NCBI GenBank assembly: GCA_030765405.1
Contig: JAVCCP010000056.1
Coordinates: forward strand, 52,294 to 72,293
DNA: 20,000 bases
Reading direction: 5' to 3'
Origin: Candidatus Ancaeobacter aquaticus
GTDB lineage: Bacteria; Auribacterota; Ancaeobacteria; Ancaeobacterales; Ancaeobacteraceae
Part shown: in pieces, positions 15,167 through 20,000 of the stretch
Layout of the letters: every line of letters starts with the position of its first letter
Numbering within the stretch: the first letter of the stretch is position 1
Notes under the pieces: model-generated
The model's database searches: none
The model's input: only the letters and a program-made list of their open reading frames with translations
What the model was told of the DNA's origin: nothing
Program-made: the position numbers and the translations under genes

Positions 15167-17749
15167 ATGCAAAAAAATAAACTGAAGTACTATTATGCCG
15201 GTCTTTGTATTGTGACTGTGTTCCTGCTCAGTATAGCATTTACCAAGTTCGCTTTTACTGCTGATGAAGTATCTCCAGCTGCCCAAGATGTGGCTTTAGA
15301 GGCTGTCTCTCAGGTTATAGAAGGGAATGTAAACGACACCGATATCAAGAAGGACGATGCAGTTGTCTCCCCAGAAAATATTCCGGCACCTGACGCTGAA
15401 AAAACGATCAGTTTCGATTTTCCCGATACCGATATCCGGGTTGCGTTAGAGACTATTGGAATAAAGGTAGGGGTAAATATTGTTGCAGGCCCAGAAGTAA
15501 AAGGAAAGATTTCGATGAAATTGGAGGACGTTTCGTGGCGAAAAGCGCTTGATATACTTCTGAAAACATATGGTTACGGGCATGTTCAAGATGATGGGAT
15601 TATACGGGTGATGTCCATAGAAAACCTGAAAAAAGAAGAAATGATGACGGCACTATACACCCTGCAGTATGGAGATCCTGTAGAAATTGCAAAAGGAGTA
15701 CAGGCGCTTTTATCCGATGAAGGAAAAGTCGAGCCAAACGTTTCTTCCCGGTCAATAATAATAAAAGATTATCCCCGGTATCTCAATAGTATTGAGAAAA
15801 CGATCAAGAAACTTGATCAGCTCGCGAAGAAGGATGCCCCGGAAAAAAAGAGTGTTTTGAAAGAAGAGGTTAAAGGGGTAGAAAACGAAATTAAACTTGA
15901 CTTCAAAGAAAAGCCCATAAGGGATGTTATGTCTGACATATCAGCAATTAGTGGTATTAATATCTCTGTAGGGGAAGAAGTTGATGTAAAAGTGACGCTT
16001 ACAACTAACGGGAAGTTTGTTCCATGGAGGAAAGCATTTAATACAATTATCAATACAGCTGAACTTGAATATCAGCCCTCTGACAAAATGATTAGTGAGT
16101 TTGAACCAGGGGATTTTATAACAATCAGGAAAAAGCAAAAAATTAACGAAATTATCCTTGACTACAAAGACGAACCCATCAGGGATGTTATGTCTGACAT
16201 ATCAGGAATTAGTGGTGTTTATATCTCTGTAGGGGAAGAAGTTGATGTAAAAGTGACGCTTACAACTGACGGGAAGTTTGTTCCATGGAGGAAAGCATTT
16301 GAGACAATTATGCGGACGGCTAACTTAACATATCAGCCCTCTGATAAACTGATTAGTGATATTGAACCAGGGGATTTTATAACGATCAGGACAAAGCAAA
16401 AGATTATAGAGATTAGTGATTACAATAAAATTATAGCCAACAGTGTCCCACTCATTTATGAAGTGTTTGAGCTTAAATATGTCGATGCGGAAGATGTTAA
16501 GAAATTGCTTGATCCAAAAAGTGAGGAATCTAGTCTTCCCAGACTGCTTTCTGCACGTGGGTGCGTCACAATCCTTAGTTTGGCGGGACAAACCGGATGG
16601 TCTTTCAGGGGAGATCCAAAAGACCAGGGGGGGGGAGGTGGAGGAGCAGCAGGCAGGCCCGAAATGAGCATCGGAGAACGCGCGGAAAAAAAACCGAGTA
16701 AATCGAGAACGCTCCTCGTTGGAGAAGTTCCCTCGAATATGGAGAATGTCCGGCAGATTATTAATACGATTGACGTGATGCCCTATCAGATCATGATCGA
16801 AGCGAAGATCGTTGAGGTAGACCGGGATGTTCTGCGCGATATCGGTTTTGAATGGGGATCCGGATTTAATGGTATTGAAGCGGGGCTCTTGGGTGCCGGT
16901 AACGGTGGGCACGTGGTGACCCAAAAGCTCACCGAGGGAGGAGCCTCAGTTCTTGAAAATCTAAAAATGGGGTTTCAAAATCTCTCATATGACACAAATA
17001 TGACTCCCTCGTCGTTTAACCCAAATTCGACGGGTTTAAATCCGGATACCAGCGGATTTAAATTCAAGATGGAGAAATTGCTTAATACACAGGTAGAGGT
17101 TATATTGCATATGCTGGAAGAAAACAGTGGCGCGAATATTCTTTCGGCGCCTAAGATTATGACGTATAGTAATCAGGAGGCGTCAATAGTTGTTGGAACG
17201 GAGATACCTCTTCTTTCGACAGAGATTACCCCAAGCGCTGTCGGGCAACCGACTGTTTCCGCCCAATTTAATGGTTATTTGCCAGTAGGAATTCGTTTGA
17301 GCGTAGTGCCTCAAGTGAGCAATAAAAAATATATAAATATGATCCTCCATCCTACGGTGACATCAAGACTTTATGACATGACAATAATTGAACCAAATAC
17401 GCGTATACCGCTAATAACTTATCCGGTACTCGAAACGCGAGAGGCTGATACACAGATTTTACTCGGAAACGGGGAAACGGTTGTTATTGGTGGCCTTCTC
17501 AAAGATGAAAAGAAAGAAACGCGTATAGGTGTTCCGTTTTTATCTGATCTACCTTTTATCGGGGAGCTTTTTAGGAGGACGGTAACGAGCACAAAGAAAA
17601 TCGATCTGTTGATATTTGTTAAGGCGACTATTGTTCTTAAGGGCAGAGGAGCAGATGAAAGTGTGAGATCATATGTTCTCAGCAAAAAAGAAGGAGAAAA
17701 ACTTTTGTCAGAGGGCACGAATGACAGTATCTATACTGGTGAAGAATAG
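15167..17749 (+). CDS. pilQ: Type IV pilus secretin PilQ with an expanded N-domain region
   Basis: Signal peptide; N0/STN domain (FDFPDTDIR...WRKALDILL); N3-like domains; secretin core (IMIEAKIVEV, LSAPKIMT, VVIGGLLKD, GVPFLSDLPFIGELFR, LLIFVKATIV). RBS GAGGA favours ATG 15167 over 15155. Confidence 0.95.
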   Translation: MQKNKLKYYYAGLCIVTVFLLSIAFTKFAFTADEVSPAAQDVALEAVSQVIEGNVNDTDIKKDDAVVSPENIPAPDAEKTISFDFPDTDIRVALETIGIKVGVNIVAGPEVKGKISMKLEDVSWRKALDILLKTYGYGHVQDDGIIRVMSIENLKKEEMMTALYTLQYGDPVEIAKGVQALLSDEGKVEPNVSSRSIIIKDYPRYLNSIEKTIKKLDQLAKKDAPEKKSVLKEEVKGVENEIKLDFKEKPIRDVMSDISAISGINISVGEEVDVKVTLTTNGKFVPWRKAFNTIINTAELEYQPSDKMISEFEPGDFITIRKKQKINEIILDYKDEPIRDVMSDISGISGVYISVGEEVDVKVTLTTDGKFVPWRKAFETIMRTANLTYQPSDKLISDIEPGDFITIRTKQKIIEISDYNKIIANSVPLIYEVFELKYVDAEDVKKLLDPKSEESSLPRLLSARGCVTILSLAGQTGWSFRGDPKDQGGGGGGAAGRPEMSIGERAEKKPSKSRTLLVGEVPSNMENVRQIINTIDVMPYQIMIEAKIVEVDRDVLRDIGFEWGSGFNGIEAGLLGAGNGGHVVTQKLTEGGASVLENLKMGFQNLSYDTNMTPSSFNPNSTGLNPDTSGFKFKMEKLLNTQVEVILHMLEENSGANILSAPKIMTYSNQEASIVVGTEIPLLSTEITPSAVGQPTVSAQFNGYLPVGIRLSVVPQVSNKKYINMILHPTVTSRLYDMTIIEPNTRIPLITYPVLETREADTQILLGNGETVVIGGLLKDEKKETRIGVPFLSDLPFIGELFRRTVTSTKKIDLLIFVKATIVLKGRGADESVRSYVLSKKEGEKLLSEGTNDSIYTGEE
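15884..16405 (+). repeat. Tandem 261-bp (87-aa) duplication of an STN/N0-like domain inside pilQ
   Basis: Copies at 15884-16144 and 16145-16405; 70/87 aa identical by manual alignment. Confidence 0.95.
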
Positions 17750-17784
17750 TTGTTATGAAAAAATATTTTATAAAGGAGAAAAAA

Positions 17785-18783
17785 ATGCCTAAAAGAATGT
17801 ATATTTTTGTGATTCTAGCCGGTTTTATGAGCTTTATCGGTTGTGCGACAACGGTAAAACCTGTTGCGACGACGGTGAAACCTGTCAAAACAAATGTCAC
17901 CGCCGAGAAGATTTCAACGCAGACCGTTGTCAAAGACATGAATACTGTGGCGATTTTCCCGCTTGCGGATTACTCGAAAGAACAGTCTTTCCTGTGCAAT
18001 CCTCGCTATGGAATCAATTTAAAAGTAATGGAGGCGATCACCGACGGACTTGTTTCGCGGGGGATCACTGTCCTCAATCAGGAAGATGTTAACGGTTTTT
18101 TGATTGAGGAAGGAATTATTGCGGTAATGGATAAAAACGTGGAGGATGTGTCGAACCCTCAGTGGGAACTGATGAACAACCCTCATGAAAAAGTACAACA
18201 GGCAAATCTTGTTCATATGATGTCTCAGGATACGACGGGTGATTTTAGCAATAACAAGGTCTTGGACGGCGTGAAAGTTGGCCTCTCGAAAGGCAAGGTA
18301 AGAGAAATAGGCAATACGTTGGGAGCTGATAAAATTATCCGTGGACAGATTATTGAATATGGTTTTAATGAAACGAAGAGTTTAAACCGCAAAAACGGGT
18401 GGTTAACGGCAACAGTCGGCGGACTCGTTGAAGGGGCGGGCGCGTTTGTGTATCAACAAGGATACGAAAAAGGACTCCCGGATTCATCAGGGATTAGCAA
18501 GTATGTTTACAGCAACGATATGGGATCGGGCCCGGGCGCCAATATTCCGCCAAAACTTTCAAACTGTTATGTCCAGATTCGGCTCTATCTTCAGGACGTT
18601 AAAAGCGGCAAGATATTGTGGAATAATAGAATTGAAACAAGATTTACCCCTCCGTCAACACTTGCCTACGATGATAATCAGCCGAAGAAGATGACAGATG
18701 ATTCTATAAGTAAAGCAGTTGATACTCTGCTTGAAGATTTATTCAAAGATAAAAAGAAAGAAAAGTTTTTAGGGCTGCTATAG
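17785..18783 (+). CDS. Lipoprotein with a CsgG/TolB-N/LpoB-like alpha/beta fold
   Basis: RBS AAGGAG before ATG 17785; lipobox FIG|C; ATTVKPV twice as linker (17845-17886); VAIFPLADYS, IGNTLGADKIIRGQIIEY and VQIRLYLQDVKSGKILW patterns. Confidence 0.7.
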   Translation: MPKRMYIFVILAGFMSFIGCATTVKPVATTVKPVKTNVTAEKISTQTVVKDMNTVAIFPLADYSKEQSFLCNPRYGINLKVMEAITDGLVSRGITVLNQEDVNGFLIEEGIIAVMDKNVEDVSNPQWELMNNPHEKVQQANLVHMMSQDTTGDFSNNKVLDGVKVGLSKGKVREIGNTLGADKIIRGQIIEYGFNETKSLNRKNGWLTATVGGLVEGAGAFVYQQGYEKGLPDSSGISKYVYSNDMGSGPGANIPPKLSNCYVQIRLYLQDVKSGKILWNNRIETRFTPPSTLAYDDNQPKKMTDDSISKAVDTLLEDLFKDKKKEKFLGLL

Positions 18784-18815
18784 GATTAAAGGGGCAGGAT
18801 ATTCTAGAATTAAGT

Positions 18816-18833
18816 ATCCTCCCTCTTCCGCCA
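18816..18833 (+). other. tRNA-Ser-like 3'-end fragment (att-like site)
   Basis: AT-CCTCC-CTCTTCC-G-CCA fits tRNA positions 59-76 (end of T-loop, T-stem, acceptor strand, G73, CCA); no 5' tRNA half upstream. Confidence 0.55.
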
Positions 18834-18855
18834 CTGAGACTGTAAAAGTCACAAG

Positions 18856-18878
18856 TAAATGGTAGCTGCTACCATTTA
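18856..18878. repeat. Perfect 11-bp inverted repeat with a 1-nt spacer
   Basis: TAAATGGTAGC-T-GCTACCATTTA. Confidence 0.85.
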
Positions 18879-18955
18879 TCTTAAAACATGCCTTTTTGAA
18901 TCCTTTTCAATCCCATATGCTTCATTAATTGTATGTATAATAATATGTATAAATG

Positions 18956-18985
18956 TATTGACAAATAGTCAATATAGGATATAAT
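18956..18985 (+). promoter_or_regulatory. sigma70 promoter of brnTA with an overlapping inverted-repeat operator
   Basis: TTGACA (18958-18963), 16 nt, TATAAT (18980-18985); TATTGAC-AAATA-GTCAATA (18956-18974) covers the -35. Confidence 0.7.
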
Positions 18986-18991
18986 GATTAT

Positions 18992-19279
18992 ATGGCAGTG
19001 GATAAAAATATCAGTTTTGAATGGGATGATGAAAAAGAAGCAGCAAATATAAGAAAACATAGAATCGATTTTGTGACGGCTGTGCAGGCTTTTAAGGATC
19101 CGGAAAGAAAAATTTATAAGGATTCAAAACATAGTGTTGAAGAGGAAAGATTGTTTTGTATTGGAAAAGTCGAAAATAGAATAATAACTGTGAGATTTAC
19201 TTATAGAGCTGGAAAGATCAGAATAATCGGTGCGGGTTTTTGGAGAAAAGGAGGTAAATACTATGAAGGAAAAGACTAA
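18992..19279 (+). CDS. brnT: BrnT-family (DUF497) ribonuclease toxin
   Basis: FEWDDEKEAANIRKHRIDF, KHSVEEERLFCIG, TVRFTYR...IRIIGA signature. Confidence 0.9.
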   Translation: MAVDKNISFEWDDEKEAANIRKHRIDFVTAVQAFKDPERKIYKDSKHSVEEERLFCIGKVENRIITVRFTYRAGKIRIIGAGFWRKGGKYYEGKD

Positions 19280-19496
19280 AAGTTCTGATATGCCTATTGG
19301 GAAATTGACTAGAGTTAAGGATTATTTGCCGTCACCTGACGAACTAGTTGTTCCCGAAAAAACGGTAAAAGTAACGCTAAGAATCGAGGAATCAAGTCTG
19401 GATTATTTCAAAAAACAAGCTACAAAAAAACATACGAAATACCAGAAGATGATACGTAAACTGCTAAGTATATATGTAGCAAAACATTCTGCTTAA
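19263..19496 (+). CDS. brnA: BrnA-like ribbon-helix-helix antitoxin
   Basis: GGAGGT RBS before ATG 19263; overlaps the brnT 3' end; KVTLRIEESSLDYFKKQA...KYQKMIRKLL RHH pattern. Confidence 0.85.
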   Translation: MKEKTKSSDMPIGKLTRVKDYLPSPDELVVPEKTVKVTLRIEESSLDYFKKQATKKHTKYQKMIRKLLSIYVAKHSA

Positions 19497-19545
19497 TTAA
19501 TCATCTATCTATGTCGCATATGTATCTTAGCTTTTTCAGCCTGTC

Positions 19546-19746
19546 TTAATAATTATACCCGTTTGAAGGATTTAATTGCGGTTTTTTGCTAATGCCAACT
19601 GATTTGGCTATATCTTGGAGAGACATACCCAATAAACATAATTCCTGAATCTTATGAGTTATCTTCTGGTAGTCTTTAACGGGTAGTATCTTGATATTAG
19701 AGTGTATTTCACAGCCAGTTCGAATTGGTTGCAACCTCCTCCGCCA
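19546..19746 (-). pseudogene. Start-less, frameshifted HTH-encoding fragment that begins at an att-like site
   Basis: Frame reads WRRRLQPIRT...YQKITHKIQELCLLGMSLQDIAKSVGISKK. One extra A in the A6 run (T6 at 19582-19587 on +) would give KKTAIKSFKRV*, a more plausible recognition-helix end. Only a TTG start, no RBS. Confidence 0.5.
19718..19746 (+). other. Second tRNA-3'-like fragment (attR-like)
   Basis: GTTCGAAT...CCTCCTCCGCCA; last 12 nt match the 18822-18833 site at 11/12; a terminator starts 2 nt later. Confidence 0.55.
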
Positions 19747-19747
19747 G

Positions 19748-19787
19748 AATAGAAAAGGCAGTCCATTAGGGCTGCCTTTTCTATTTT
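19748..19787 (+). terminator. Strong, probably bidirectional intrinsic terminator
   Basis: 17-bp stem AATAGAAAAGGCAGTCC / GGGCTGCCTTTTCTATT (one G-U), ATTA loop, A- and T-tracts on either side. Confidence 0.85.
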
Positions 19788-19881
19788 AGGTAGAGTGGGT
19801 AGTATGAGAACCCAGATATGGGTTCGTTTTGACCAGATTGCTAGCCCGATTTTTAAGGAAGATAATTAAGTGATCTGTCCC

Positions 19882-20000
19882 GTGCGCCAAGAAAGCTAAT
19901 GTAAGCAAGCTGGAAAACCAGCCCGACTAAAGCCTAACCAGCAGGTCGGTACAGAACTCAGCGCATAGTAAGGCAACGAATTATGCGAAGCCTGAGAGAA
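19882..20000 (+). mobile_element. 5' end (domain I) of a probable group II intron, truncated by the window edge
   Basis: Starts GTGCG; hairpins GCTGG-AAAA-CCAGC (19909-19922), CCGAC/GTCGG (19923-19949), and CTCAG/CTGAG enclosing CGCATAGT/ATTATGCG with GCAA in the terminal loop and a GAAGC internal loop (epsilon-prime-like). Confidence 0.75.

Noticed and set aside
678..17749. Type II secretion system as the primary call
   Set aside because: PilM/N/O/P/Q block, PilS/PilR and a sigma54-driven, hairpin-stabilised major pilin fit T4aP better. A secretion role cannot be excluded, because pilT is not visible.
51..18694. The many minus-strand and alternate-frame ORFs in the supplied track (for example 51-482, 1124-1657, 2131-2556, 9332-9793, 16325-16924)
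   Set aside because: They overlap well-supported plus-strand genes, have no recognisable motifs or RBS, and look like shadow ORFs.
18790..18824. Intrinsic terminator after the lipoprotein gene
   Set aside because: A bulged hairpin (GGGG-C-AGGATA / TATCCT-CCC) exists but has a long loop and no U-tract; not called.
18784..18833. Intact tRNA gene
   Set aside because: Only 32 nt separate the upstream stop codon from the fragment, and no D-arm, anticodon arm or 5' acceptor strand is present.

Overview
An AT-rich bacterial window almost entirely filled by a co-oriented (+ strand) type IVa pilus locus: pilB (5'-truncated)-pilC-pilS-[MITE]-pilR-[sigma54 promoter with upstream enhancer-like palindromes]-major pilin-three minor pilins-secreted TPR protein-FHA/GAF histidine kinase-HAMP histidine kinase-single-domain receiver-pilM-pilN-pilO-[new promoter, stand-alone MerR-type HTH]-pilP-pilQ-lipoprotein. 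After it comes an accessory tail: a tRNA-Ser-like 3' fragment, a BrnT/BrnA toxin-antitoxin pair, a frameshifted HTH gene fragment, a second tRNA-3'-like fragment with a terminator, and the 5' end of a probable group II intron. Most notable: a BldC/Xis-like HTH gene whose promoter carries 10-bp-phased direct repeats and which splits pilMNO from pilPQ; an FHA-GAF-kinase/kinase/receiver cassette embedded in the pilus operon; a MITE that appears to create a hybrid promoter for pilR; a Cys3His (zinc-type) major pilin; a secretin with duplicated N-domains; and att-like tRNA fragments suggesting the locus borders or rides on an integrative element. No pilT, pilD or pilY1 is visible in the window. All calls come from reading the sequence and motifs by eye; no database searches were run.
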